NCBI GenBank assembly: GCA_012295275.1
Contig: CM022674.1
Span: 15,624,001 to 15,688,000, forward strand
From: Chrysomallon squamiferum
Lineage: Eukaryota; Animalia; Mollusca
Reading direction: 5' to 3'
Length of the DNA stretch: 64,000 bases
Shown here: in pieces, positions 13,011-33,123 of the stretch
Numbering within the stretch: position 1 is the first letter of the stretch
Layout of the letters: every line of letters begins with the position of its first letter
Position numbers and translations under genes: made by a program
The notes under the pieces: generated by a model
What the model was told of the DNA's origin: nothing
Databases searched by the model: none
Seen by the model: the letters and a program-made list of their open reading frames with translations, nothing else

Positions 13011-14798
13011 TTCTCATCCAATCTTAATTAACAACAAACAATACCATGAGAAAGAGTGAAGCTGCATTTCTGCATGAAATTCTACTCTGATTTTTGTATA
13101 CTAGCATCGGAAGAAACTAATGCTTGCTATGATGTCACCTTGTTAAGGAAAATGACATCATATTTTTGTAATGCTTTATCATTAACAAAGCATAAATTAC
13201 AATAACATTTATTAATTGTTTCTTGTTCATTGTTTTACTGCCTGAGATACAGGCATTTAATCAGTATGTTCTCATTAAATAAATAATCTGAGATTGGTAT
13301 GTAATCAGAATGTTCTCATTAAAAGTATAATCAGACATAAGTATTTAATCTGTATGTTGTCATTAAATAAATAATCCGAGACTGATAGTTAATAAGTATG
13401 TTCTCATTAAATAAATAATTAGTGGACCGATATTTAGTGAGTATATACTCATTACTATAGTTTATGTTAGATCATTTGTATTGATTTAGATACAGGTATT
13501 TGATGAGTATGTCCGCATTCAATAAATAACCACTGATAGATATTTAATCAGTAGGTACTCATTAAATAAATAATCAATGGTAGATATGTATTGATTAAAT
13601 AACAAGTCGATAATTAGTACATCCTTGTTATGTTTAAAGAACGCCAATCGGTGACACATATTTAATTAATATTTTCTAGTACTAATTCAATAAATTACTG
13701 ATTCATAATTGGAAAAGATACATATTTTGTTTATTTCAGTAGTGCTGGAAACAAATAATAGACTTTCAACAGACAGCAATAGAATATTGCCAATTTGTTT
13801 TAAAAAAAAGATTTTGGTAAATAACTGATTAGTACCAAATATGGATTGTAAGTGGCAGCTATTCAAATACTGATGCTAGAAAATATATCAGCAGTTTTCT
13901 CAAAGAAATAGTATGTATCCATCTGATACTAAGCTAGCTGAGCTGTAAGCAATAATATTTTTAATTAGTATGAATCTTCAGAGGCCGAGTATTATTTTTG
14001 TTCTTCTTTTGCAGTATGAGAAAAGCAATGTTGATGAACAGGGATCATGAAAGAGATATTAATGAAAGATTTCTCTTTCACGGAACTAGTGGAGACATCA
14101 GTATCATACGAGGAATTTGCCACAACAACATCGACTTCAGGCTGAACGGCAAAAATGGAACAGTTTACGGCAAAGGGGCTTATTTTGCCCGGGATGCCAA
14201 ATACAGCCACAGCTATACCACAGGATCACATTGCTTCATGTTCATTTCAAAGGTTCTTGTAGGACAGTATGCTAAAGGTGAAAGTTCCTACTGCCGGCCT
14301 CCTTCTAGGAAAGGACATGTTCTTTATGATTCATGTGTCGATGATGTAAACCATCCATCAATTTTTGTAATCTTTGACACTTCCCAGAGTTACCCAGTGT
14401 TTCTTCTTGAATATTCTGTGAAGATAACACCAGAATTGTTTTCATCAAGCACTTCAGTACCTATTTTACAGGCCTTTACTCCTACCAGAATTATTCAAAT
14501 GCACACTTCAGTTAGCAGTACAGCCAGCATTCTACAACCATTTCACAGTTCTACTTCTACAGTAAACACTTCCAACACTTCACCAGTATATCAGAGTTCA
14601 GCTTCTGCAGCAAATACTTCCAACGCAACACTAAGATTTCACAGTTCTGCTTCTACAGTAAACACTTCCAACAATTCACCAGTATTTCAGAGTTCAGCTT
14701 CTGCAGCAAATACAACACTGAAAACTTACATTTCACAGTTTTCATTTCAGCAACAAACACCCCAACACAACACTAAGTTTCAGTTCTTTCTACAGTAA
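8444..14798 (+). CDS. PARP12/ZC3HAV1(ZAP)-like mono-ADP-ribosyltransferase (copy B): RGG repeats, HTH, CCCH fingers, tandem WWE, ART domain, S/T-rich tail
   Basis: Phase-consistent GT-AG exons: <=9149-10651, 11157-11384, 12108-12301, 12489-12734, 14015-14798. Motifs: CHYYNTSQCRKKDCRFLHIC; LPYQWQM..W..F...ENEMIE (WWE1); WCWYF...WLPYEP..LELKY..MTQTN...RRPAFVS (WWE2); RIQNPPLWEKY; LFHGT, YGKGAYFARDAKYSHSY, PSIFVIF, YPVFLLEY (H-Y-I triad). Two frame changes in the 5' repeat (about 8725 and 9145) lie in homopolymers near the contig end. Confidence 0.9.
8480..9135 (+). repeat. 30-bp tandem repeat encoding GFSRDRGERG / GFGRGRGERG (RG/RGG, FG-rich), about 21 copies
   Basis: Unit ggtggttttagtagagatagaggagaaagg; it runs into the PARP B reading frame (MVGFGRG at 9149). 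Confidence 0.9.
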
Positions 14799-15010
14799 AC
14801 ACTTCAACAATTCTTCAGTATTTCAGAGTTCAGCTTCTGCAGCAGGTACTCCGTACAGAAAACTTACATTTCTCAGTTTTATTTCCAACACACCATCAAG
14901 TTCAGCTTCTGGAAATTCATCTTCTACAGATACTGAAAACACATGAAAGCGATTTGACACTAATTTTCCTTTTAGTTATTCTCAATTGAATTTTTTTTTT
15001 TTATTTTTTT

Positions 15011-15064
<54 letters not shown>

Positions 15065-15698
15065 CAACAGTTTTGTTGTTTAGGCCAGGGACATCTTAAC
15101 ACACAGGAATACTGGAAACTTGTCCAGGGGTCACTATACCATAGGAGGATCCTGTACGTTGAGACTTATTGTTAATAAATAAAGTTATGATAACGAGTGG
15201 ATATTGTGTAGGTATGGCCCCAATGAACTGTTTTACCTGCAGGGCTGTATTGCAGATAAGATGGTCTTCTTTATTTTGTTTCTGGTGCGGAAGGATTTGT
15301 TTGGTCTGGTGCAACGAAAAATACAATAAAAACAGAGTCCTTTTTTATTTCATATTTCATCTAGGCGTTTCAATTTATACTCACAAGTAGATGAGTTAAC
15401 CTTGACTTTACTGTAGACAGGTTTATATTACAGGGTAGTAGAGGGTAAATTATAGAGGTCAACTAGGCCTGTAGGATATGGTAAGAACTAAATTGAAAGG
15501 GTGTATGGGTCGGTAGGATACACAAAGGATTATATTATGGGTTCTATGAGTCCCTAGGATTCACAGAGGATTACATCTTAATAGAATGCTTAAAGAATAA
15601 TATTTCAATGTATAGGTCATGTAAAATATGTTCAAGAAATGTGCCATAATTTACAGAGATGGATTGGTCAAAATGTATTGGTCACATTATTCACATAA

Positions 15699-15801
<103 letters not shown>

Positions 15802-15989
15802 AACACTCACACACATACACACACACACACGAGTAATGCAGTTATTATTGTTATTATTATTAGTAGTAGTAGTATTATTATAGCCAATCTATAATGTTAA
15901 ATAAATAAATGAAATAATTTCTTATATGCATTTATTTTAACATAATGTATAATCTTGATTATTAATCAACAATAAATAAAATTTAGCAA

Positions 15990-17462
15990 TTAAAATAACA
16001 ATTTCTTATTATATCACAATTTAACTATTTGCTGAAGTTAAAATCTTGTGTAATTTCTATACCCAAGAAATACTAATTGGAAAATATATAAAATGTTAAA
16101 TAGAAAATGCTTTTTTCCCATTCTAGATATATTATGCAAAGAATAACTACTAAAGACTTTTTGCGGCTTGATTTTTAAAAAAAAATTATTAATATTTTTT
16201 TCATTTAATCATTAATTTCTTTAAAACAAGCATTAACAACAAAATGCTGAAATAGAAAAGTAAACTGACCGAATTCAATCAAGGTACATAAAGTGATTTT
16301 CAGAGAGAAAGAAAACAAAAATAAAACACACACACACACATTATACCTTTAGTTTAGTTGTTTTAGAAAAACAAAATAATAATGTTTCAAACTGTCTACA
16401 GTTTATTGTTTAAATGTGATCTATCTCTAAAGTATTATGAGCAGTTTCAAGTCTAAACACCACAGCACAGACCCTGAAACATCTAATCGTTAGATTCTAG
16501 TATTACCCCCATTGTTTAGTCTTATGTAAATATGTTGTTATTATTAACACTTGGACATGTATCCCTCCTGTCCTTATCCTCATAGAATCAGTGAACCCCA
16601 AAGTTTGCTTTCAAAAAGAAATTGTGGCAAATGTTGTGTGGTCACTTGTAACAGAATATGTAATTATTAATTAACTATGTTCAAATAATCAGTTATAGAA
16701 ACTAATATTTTAATAAAAGAACAAAAAAAGTTAGGTAAATTTCAGGTCTGTTTCGCTGGATGACTGCATTAATACTAATCAGTGTGTTTATAAAAGGTTG
16801 TGGTTTGTGCTTTTCTGTCTATGGAAAGGTGCACATAAAACTCTTACTGCTAATCAGCAGTTTATTCATTTTCAGTGTGTCTCACTAACTTTAAAATTAT
16901 ATTAAAACGCTGTTAATACTTATGGATTAAAATGTTTCTTTTCCTGAGCGACACATTAAACAGTTCCTTGTTTTTAATGACAAAAATTACAGTAAGTAAA
17001 TAGAACAAAATAAAATAACGGAAAATGAAAGCGTAAAGATTAAAAAATAAAATAAGTGTCTGTCTGAAATCTATATCTTCCTTCTTTAATTTCAATACTT
17101 ATAGTAAATACATTCTACGCTTACCGAACAGCAGCCATTACTACAAAGGAATCCCTCTCACCTATTGACTGACTTCTGACGCTCATGTTATCAATATCGA
17201 GAGATTTGAGCACCTGGTGCTGATACGATTTGGGATCGGAGACCATCTTCAAAAACAGATTTCTCCGCATCTCTGATTGTCGAATATCATCTCATTATCG
17301 AACTCGGGTAAAACCTCGTCTTCAGAATCACTCAAACTCTCTTCAACAACTTCCTTCTCAGCTTGTCGGTTGCTGTCGCGACGGTGTAACAATAGCTCTG
17401 ACGTCATCTCCACTATGACGTCCCAAGCATAGGTGATATCTTTGTCGCAGGCTCTTTCAGCG
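15990..17462. repeat. Direct duplicate of about 20300-21760 (PARP 3' flank plus Tdc 3' end)
   Basis: Shared blocks, e.g. ctaaagtattatgagcagtttcaagtctaaacacc at 16427 and 20647, and catagaatcagt..aaagtttgctttcaaaaagaa at 16581 and 20801. Confidence 0.92.
17141..17462 (-). pseudogene. Truncated duplicate of the tyrosine decarboxylase last exon
   Basis: Encodes AERACDKDITYAWDVIVEMTSELLLHRRDSNRQAEKEV..., nearly identical to 21379-21760. It carries 22-bp and ~39-bp deletions and is fused at about 17463 to PARP intron sequence. Confidence 0.92.
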
Positions 17463-19292
17463 CAACAAAACAGATTTCCAATAGAAGATTCATCAATTCG
17501 TAACAAAAATAAAAGAAAAAAAAGAAGAAATAAAACTCTTTCTAGGTTGGTATCCAAATATTTAACAGTACTTTTGTGAAAGAAATATTTACCATCCATC
17601 TGTTACAGAATGAAAATTAATCACTATACTGGAACAGGGATATGGAAAAATATGTTTGATCACCAGTATTGTACAAAAGTAATAAAATACTGTAGTTCAG
17701 TTACCATGAAATAAATTGTAACGAAAACAAAACATTAAATCTAGCTAAGCAGTAAGCAATACAAATTTTAATTATTACGAATCTTTCGAGGCTAATTTTT
17801 CCTAAAGGTGAAAGTACCTATTGCCGGCCTTCTTCTAGGAAAGGACATGTTCTTTATGATTCCTGTGTCGATGATGTAAATAATCCATCAATTTTTGTAA
17901 TCTTTGAAATTTCCCAGATTTACCCAATGTTTCTACTTGGATATTCTGTGAAGAGCACACCAGAAATGTCTTCATCAAGCTCCTCAGTATCGTCTCTTCA
18001 GGCCTCTATTCCGATCAGAAGTACTCAAGTACCCAATTCATATTGAAATCAATTCCTCCCTCCATTCCTGCATCCACCCTTCCCTCCACCACCCTTTCAC
18101 AGTTCTACTTCTACAGCAGATGCTTCCAACACTTTACCACTCTTTCACAGTTCTACTTCTACAGCAGATGCTTCCAACACTTTACCACTCTTTCACAGTT
18201 CTACTTCTACAGCAGATGCTTCCAACACTTTACCACTCTTTCATAGTTCTACTTCTACAGCAGATGCTTCCAACACTTTACCACTCTTTCACAGTTCTAT
18301 TTCCACAGCAGATGCTTCCAACACTTTACCACTCTTTCATAGTTCTACTTCTACAGCAGATGCTTCCAACACTTTACCACTCTTTCACAGTTCTACTTCC
18401 ACAGCAGATGCTTCCAACACTTTACCACTCTTTCACAGTTCTATTTCCACAGCATATGCTTCCAACACTTTACCACTCTTTCACAGTTCTACTTCTACAG
18501 CCAATACTTCCAACATTCCACCAATATTTCACAGTTCTACTTCCACAGCAGATGCTTCCAACACTTTACCACTCTTTCACAGTTCTACTTCTACAGCAGA
18601 TGCTTCCAACACTTTACCACTCTTTCACAGTTCTACTTCTACAGCAGATGCTTCCAACACTTTACCACTCTTTCACAGTTCTACTTCTACAGCAGATGCT
18701 TCCAACACTTTACCACTCTTTCACAGTTCTACTTCTACAGCAGATGCTTCCAACACTTTACCACTCTTTCACAGTTCTACTTCTACAGCAGATGCTTCCA
18801 ACACTTTACCACTCTTTCACAGTTCTACTTCTACAGCAGATGCTTCCAACACTTTACCACTCTTTCACAGTTCTACTTCTACAGCAGATGCTTCCAACAC
18901 TTTACCACTCTTTCACAGATGCTTCCAACACTTTACCATTCTTTCACAGTTCTACTTCTACAGCAGATGCTTCCAACACTTTACCACTCTTTCACAGATC
19001 TACTTCTACAGCCAATACTTCCAACATTCCACCAATATTTCACAGTTCTACTTCTACAGCCAATACTTCCAACATTCCACCAATGTTTCACAGTTCGACT
19101 TCTACAGCAAATACTTCCAACATTCCACCAATATTTCACAGTTCTGCTTCTGCAGCAAATCCTTCCAACATTCCACCAATGTTTCACAGTTCTACTTCTA
19201 CAGCCAATACTTCCAACATTCCACCAATGTTTCACAGATCTACTTCTACAGTAAATAATTCACCAAGTTCAACTTCTGCTATATACAGCTAA
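17463..19292 (+). pseudogene. PARP12-like 3' fragment (copy C): last intron remnant plus 3' half of the ART exon
   Basis: 17463-17795 matches the last intron of copies A and B. The acceptor and first ~257 nt of the exon are deleted. The exon resumes at 17802 with KGESTYCRPSSRKGHVLYDSCVDDVNNPSIFVIFEISQIYPMFLLGYS, with TGA at 18044-18046. Confidence 0.9.
18094..19250 (+). repeat. 48-bp tandem repeat (HSSTSTADASNTLPLF), about 24 copies
   Basis: Unit cacagttctacttctacagcagatgcttccaacactttaccactcttt, highly homogeneous. Confidence 0.95.
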
Positions 19293-21378
19293 CATATCAA
19301 ACTGACGTGTGCTTCAAATGCCTTTATATCTATCAATATTTATTACTGTAAAAATGCATATTTAGCATATGTTTTGTTAAAGATAATAATAATATTAGTA
19401 CTAATTTTAATGATAACAATGGTAGCGGCCCCAGTTCACTGCTTTGCCTGCAGATCTATAATAGAGTTAAGAGGATCTTGCTGTCGGGATGGTTATTTTG
19501 GTTGTTGTTTTGGGAAATGTTCGTTTGCTTTTGTTCAACCAAAAATATATTAATAACAAATTCTTTTTTATTTCACATTTTATGTGGACATTGCAATTTA
19601 TATACTCACAAGAGGATGAGATAACCCCTCACTGTACTGTAGACTGGGGTTTATATTACAGGGAAGCATAGGTCAATAGCATAAACTACAGCTGGGTCTG
19701 TAGGATAGAAGAAGGATTGCATTGCAAGTGTATGGGTCAGTAGGACACAAAAATTACATTACACAGGTGTATGAGTCAGAACGATACACAAAGGATTACG
19801 ATACACTGGTATATGGGTCAGTATTGTACACAAAGAATTACATTAAACAGGTGTATGGGTCACTAGTGTATACAAAAAATTGCATTACAGGGGTGTGTAG
19901 GTCTGTGGTATACATAAGTGATGACATTACATAGATCGTTTACGTAGACATATTAAGGTTTACATTTCAGTGGTGCATGGGTAATTAGGATATACCAAAA
20001 CATTATATTACAGGGATTATGATCTCAGCCGAATGTAATTATCATGTAGAATTATACAATAGATGTCAGATATCTTAATACATGGTATCAAAAGCCCTAA
20101 GTCACTTCTTATAGTACCCTTTACATTATTTATCTTCTTCGCCATGGCTCACACACATACACGCACACACACACACACACATACACACACACACATACAC
20201 ACACACACACACAGAGTTATTGATAACTGAGGGCCCTCTTTTTTTTCTCTCAAACACTTATCGTGTAGGAGACAGGACTGTTCATAATTTTTGATAACAA
20301 TAGTTTATTATCCCACAATTTAACTATTTCCTGATATTTAATATTCGAGTCTTGTGTAATTTCCATATCCAACAAATACTAATTGGAAAATCTATACAAT
20401 GTTAACTAAGAAATGTTTTCCCATTTCAGATATATCATACAAAAATTGATTACAAACACTTTTATCATTTCACCAATTTATTTCTTTAAAACAAGCATAA
20501 ACAACAAGATACTGTAACTGGAAAAGTGAACTGACTCAATTCAATGAAAATACACACACTTTACACCTTTAGTTTAGTCATTTCAGAAATGCAAAATAAT
20601 AATGTTTGAAACTGTCCACATTTCATTATTTAAATGTGGTCTATGTCTAAAGTATTATGAGCAGTTTCAAGTCTAAACACCACAACACAGACCCTGAAAC
20701 ATCTAATCATTAGATTCTAGTATTACCCCCATTGTTTAATCATATGTAAATCTGTTGTTATTATTAACACTTGGACATCTATCTCTCCTGTCCTTATCCT
20801 CATAGAATCAGTAAACCCCAAAGTTTGCTTTCAAAAAGAAACTGTGGCAAATGTTGTGTGGTCACTTGTAACAGAATATGTAATTATTAATTAACTATGT
20901 TCAAATAATTAATTATAGAAAATAATATTTTAATTAATGAATCAAACAAGTGAGGTAAGGTTCAGCTTTGTTTTTCTGGATCACTGGATTATTATTAATC
21001 AGTGAGTTTATAAAAGGTTGTTGTATGTGGTGTCCTGTGAACATAGAACACTCTTTCTGTTAATCAACAGTTTAGTAATTTTCAGTGTCTTGAAACGTTG
21101 TTAATACTTATGGATAAAAGTGTTGTTGTTTTTTGTTTTTCTTTGTTGTTGTGTAGTGGGATTTTTTTTTTTTTTTTTTTTTTTATCTTGAGCAAATCAT
21201 TAAACAGTTCCTTGTTTTTAATAATAAAGATTGCAATAAATAAATAGAATAAAATAAAATGAAATGAAATAAAAATGTACGGGCGGTAAAATAAAATAAA
21301 ATCCTATCTGAAATCTGCTGTTTTCATCTTTTATTTCAATACTAAATACATTCTACGCTTACCGAACAGCAACCATTA

Positions 21379-28287
<6,909 letters not shown>

Positions 28288-28303
28288 TGTTATCGAGCTT
28301 TGA

Positions 28304-28379
<76 letters not shown>

Positions 28380-28699
28380 TCAAATCGAATTTAAAGAAGA
28401 ACAGAGATAATAAAGAAGATCTGTGTAGAACATACGCTCAGATTATTAAACAAAATGAAAAAGTACTTACAATCAACAAATTGTAACCTGGATCCCTTTT
28501 AAAACTTCAAAACAATAAGTCTTACAGAAAAGGAGCAGACGAGTTTTATATCAGCTCACTTTGAAGGTGAAAGCGAAAAAAGAAATTAGGTTGAGATCAG
28601 AACAAGACCAAGAAAACCCAGAAGTGGTTTTGCATATTTTGCAAAAGATGTTTCAAGTTAGATCATCAGTGCATCAACTTCGGAATTTATTTTTTGATC

Positions 28700-30560
28700 G
28701 ATCACAGAAGGAAGATGAATCACTGAGATGATTCTGTTATTGTCTAGAGTGTACAGAAAAAACGCAGCCTCATATTGTTTCCAGGAGAGAATTTGCCAGA
28801 ACTGTTTCTGACTGTCCTATAGTTCAAGTACCCGTCGTAGGTGTGTAAGTTGATTTTGTTAAATACTGGGTCAGTAGTAAACGAGGATTTCTTACACAAT
28901 AACGTTCCTCCACTGTGTATACTGAACTCCTTACAAAACAAGGATGGCTCTCACTTAAGGCTACCAGCGGACAGGATATTTCCTTCAATGAATATATTAA
29001 CTGATCATCGAAGAACAAGGCAACTTAATTCCTGATAGAGGAATCTTGGCTGTGAACAGACACAAAAACCAACCCCACGTCTACAGAGGGAACAAGTAGC
29101 ATGTATATTAGGGATGAATGTTATTAGCCACTGTGGAGAAGTGTTTGCTGAAGACCTTGGTAAGAATGTCTTAAGGAATTTGACTAACAGGCCTCAACAT
29201 CAGAGATGGATAACTAGTCTATAGACTGTCTAATAGACGAAAAGTGTCTTAGATTCAGTCTAAATACTCTGATGTATTTGCTAAAGATTTGGGGTTTTCT
29301 GACACAGTAAAACATCACATATGCACAAACATACTGAATAATTTCATCCATTCCGTATCAAGAAGTTCAAGAGCGCATCAAGAAATATATAAAACAAGAT
29401 GTAATTCGACCTAGCCAAAGCCCATATGCTTCTGCTGTTCTTATAGAGAGAAAAAGGGACAACACAATTCGTTTGTGTATGAACTACAGGTTGCTGAAAA
29501 CCAAAACCTGGAAACACTGGGTTCCACTCTTAGAACAGGCATTAGATGCTTTGCATGGAGCAAAACCGTTGACTTGATATAGCCAATGGATACAACCAGG
29601 TTGCAGTTCAGGATAAAGACAAGGACACAACTTTTTTTTCACGACTCCAATGAGTTTGTTTTAATACAGTCCAATACCTTTTGGTTTACCAAGAGCTCCA
29701 GCCACATTTCAAACTCTTCTGAAACATTACTTCAGAGAGGTGACATTTCAGATGTTACTAGAGTTTCTGAATGGTATTTTTGTTTATATAAATTCATTTG
29801 ATGTGCACATACAGAGACAAACACGGGTATTTATAATGTTAAAACAGCATGCGTTCAGACTGAATCCAACCAAATTCTGTTTACTTATAAAAGAAATGAA
29901 ATATCGAGGACACATGGTATCTAGAGATGGGGTAGCTACAGATCCAGACAAAATAAAATCAGTTGCTGTATGGAAAATTCCAAAGACAGCAAAGGACTTC
30001 ATGTTGTTTTTCGGGTTTACCAGTTACTAGACGACATGTTAAAGGATGCTTACATATTGCAAGACCTTTGCATTCTTTGGGGAACAGGCTACGAGATAAG
30101 AAAACTCAATCATTGTTAAATAGTGCTTGGCATGAGAGTTGTCAACAAGCTTTCGAAACATTAAAGAAAAAAGTTAACTTCAGCTCCAATGAGTGAACCT
30201 TTTATTCTGAAACTGATGCATTTTTTCAAAGCCCTGGAAGGGTAGAGTCACACGAGAAGAAGGGGCAAAGCAAATTAGCTGCATATGCAAAGCCACTTGT
30301 TAAGACCCACTGAGAAGAGGATGAATAATTACAGTTCCATGAAGTTAGAGCTTGTTGCTCTGAAATCGGGTGTGACTGAAACGTTTAAAGGTTATCTTCT
30401 TGAACTTAAATTTACCTATATCCACAGAACAATAGACAGTCTTTTTAGTACCGTAAAATTAGGAGCAGAGACGGGTGTCTCAGCTGGCACCATTTAATTT
30501 CGATGCGAAATATTGTTCAGTGCAGGACAATAAGAATGTCTGTGGACTATACAGGAAGAC
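28700..30560 (+). mobile_element. Decayed Gypsy/Ty3 LTR retrotransposon pol (protease-RT-RNase H)
   Basis: Fragments: L(N)TGSVV (protease-like, about 28860); RPSQSPYASAVL..RK.D..IRLCMNYRLL (about 29405-29500); KFCLLIKEMKYRGHMVSRDGVATDPDKIKSVAVWKIPKT..FFGFTSY; SHLLRPTEKRMNNYSSMKLELVALK (RNase H). Many frameshifts; no LTRs recognised. Confidence 0.85.
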
Positions 30561-31359
30561 ATTTCAAGGAAAGACGTCTACTTAAATGGAAGCTGCTTTG
30601 ACAGATACTGCTACTCATAAGGAAGTTCTACAAACAATCAGAAAAGTTTTCCAAAGTGATGGAAGAAAACTCACTTAGGCAACTGTCATAGTTGAACAAT
30701 TTAATGAAATTATGGAAGTTACAACATCATTTCACAGCTTATTGATTCTCTTTTATAGCTGAGGAACTGAAACCTCCAAGACGGGAAAAAGAGTCAAGAC
30801 CACTGCGAAGTTAAATGTACAGAGTCACTGAAATGCTGGATCAAGATGGAAGGATAGAAAAAGGTGCTTTTGAATGGGGTTGAACATCAGTCAGACAATG
30901 CCAGAAATGACCATCATCGAGTGAGGATGATGATCCAAATAAATTTTTGGCAAATAATATAACAGCATCATATCAAGCACAAAACGTAGCTGAGACCGGG
31001 TCAGCTTACAAGAAAACATACAAATAGAAATCCTCGCAGCAATCAAAATTAACAAACGTGCAGGTCAAAGAGGAGAAATTTGTTCCATTTACATAATGAT
31101 GATGTTTTGATCAGACTTAGTGTTACATTAACGCCACAGAAAATTAAAGACGTAAGAAGTGTTTTGAGTCACAAAAATACCTAATAACGTGGAATTCCAA
31201 CAAGATAAGTAGATAAGTATAACAGATTAAGACAGCAAGAAGTCTAACTGATCTGTCATTTATCTTCAAAGAGCCGACTGCTATTCTCATGGCAATGACT
31301 GAAATGATATCTACTTCAAACACAACTATTTTAGTTTTCTTTTTCTTTTTCTTTATTTG

Positions 31360-31431
<72 letters not shown>

Positions 31432-32841
31432 TTTTTGGTTTGTTTGTTTGTTTGTTTTGTTTTTTTTCTTTTTCTGGGTTTTTTTAGAAATTTGTAGATT
31501 AAACTTTATAACATTATTTCTCTTTTTTTAGACTCAAAGAACTTTGGACATTCCTCAGAGAGACGTTGGACATTAATATATGGGAAACACTGTCACTGAG
31601 GCTGTTTTAAGGAACAGTAATGATATGCTAGTATTGGTCAGGTGTGTGGGATGTTACCTGTGTGACTGGGGTGAAAGAGAGTTCAACAAAGAAGAGAGAA
31701 TATCTGGCAAGAGAGAAAGACGTTTTGGCCAATTCTCTGCATTACAATTACGATACTATCATCTATAATGATCTACAATAATTGTCTGTCATGTACAATC
31801 CTCAAGAGACATTAAATATACAAGCGAGATCCAACTTGTGCAGTTTTTGTGTTAGGATGCATAACGATGACGATGATGATGGTGATAGCAGTAGTAGTAG
31901 CCGTAGTAGTAGTAGTAGTAGTAGTAGAATAGGGGAAGTGCTGGTAAAAAAATCATAATAATAACACTGATGATAACGACGACGATGATGATGATGATGA
32001 TGATGATGAAGACGAAAAATAAAAAGAAATAAACAAGAAATTTGAAAACAAAATGAACAACATAAAACCAGCAGCAACATCACTGCACGAAAAAATAATT
32101 ACAAACATTTTGAAGTCAGTCTTCAGTATTTTAATTTAATTATAAAGCTAAAATGCCAGTTATAGAAATATTAAGCTGTGTGCTGTGACTATTAGCTGCA
32201 TATGATAATCTAGAAAAACTAGAATAAACTAAATACAATATTTTCATTATTTTATAGTCGTATTCTCCGCTATATGGTGTATTTTTTGTGTATGTATAGG
32301 TAGTTTTGTGTATATGCGTCTGTCTGTCTCTATCCATCTACCTACCTACCTGTCTGTCTGTTTGTCTGTCTGCCTATCTCCACGTATAAACTGTCTGTCT
32401 GTGCACACTATATGTTTGTACATATACATTATTTCATTACGATATTGTCTCTTTCTCTTTCTGTATGTATGTTCTCAATTTACTTGTAACTATAGCTATG
32501 TATATATAAATGTATTGGTGTATTGTTATTTGTATGACACATACGTAATACAATCTCTCTCTTTCTCTCTCTACATATTCATCACAAAGGTGTGTGTTAA
32601 AATACTAATTTATTATGATTATTTTGTTATTTCTATGTGTTCAGTTACTTTTACTTGACAATAAACTAAATATGTTCAGTAAACACACTCCACTGCTCCT
32701 CTACATAACGAGAGCTGCGTGCGCGTGGCTGTGTACTGAGATACCGCAGATATGTTACAATGACGTCATAACATGAAAAAGTGAAATATTTATATACAAT
32801 TATTGCAGGTGTTGACGTCTTTGTTGTTGTTCTTCTTCTTT

Positions 32842-32893
<52 letters not shown>

Positions 32894-33083
32894 TGATGTT
32901 GTTGTTGTTGTTGTCTATTATTAACGCGATGATGTATATTACCAATGACGATAGTGATGACGATAATGATAACAATAAAATAATATAATACCCACCATCA
33001 AAATATGCACATAATATGTATAACCATTCATTCAGAAACAGATCCAAAAATGCATACATACTCGGATACTGAACAAATTTCTT

Positions 33084-33123
<40 letters not shown>

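Noticed and set aside
14780-14798. ZAP-L-type C-terminal CaaX prenylation motif on PARP B
   Set aside because: The C-terminus is ...KFQFFLQ (copies A and C end ...IYS), with no Cys at -4.
17249-17599. 116-aa - strand ORF as a novel fusion protein
   Set aside because: It is antisense PARP intron joined by chance to a Tdc exon fragment across the breakpoint, with no promoter or splice support.
18094-19250. 48-bp (and 51-bp, 30-bp) arrays as CRISPR-like repeats
   Set aside because: Units are contiguous with no unique spacers, lengths are multiples of 3, they lie within eukaryotic exons, and there are no cas genes.
18120-19292. 390-aa ORF and its 1755-2759 counterpart as independent genes
   Set aside because: These are alternative frames of the 48-bp repeat in PARP tail remnants, open only because the unit lacks stops.
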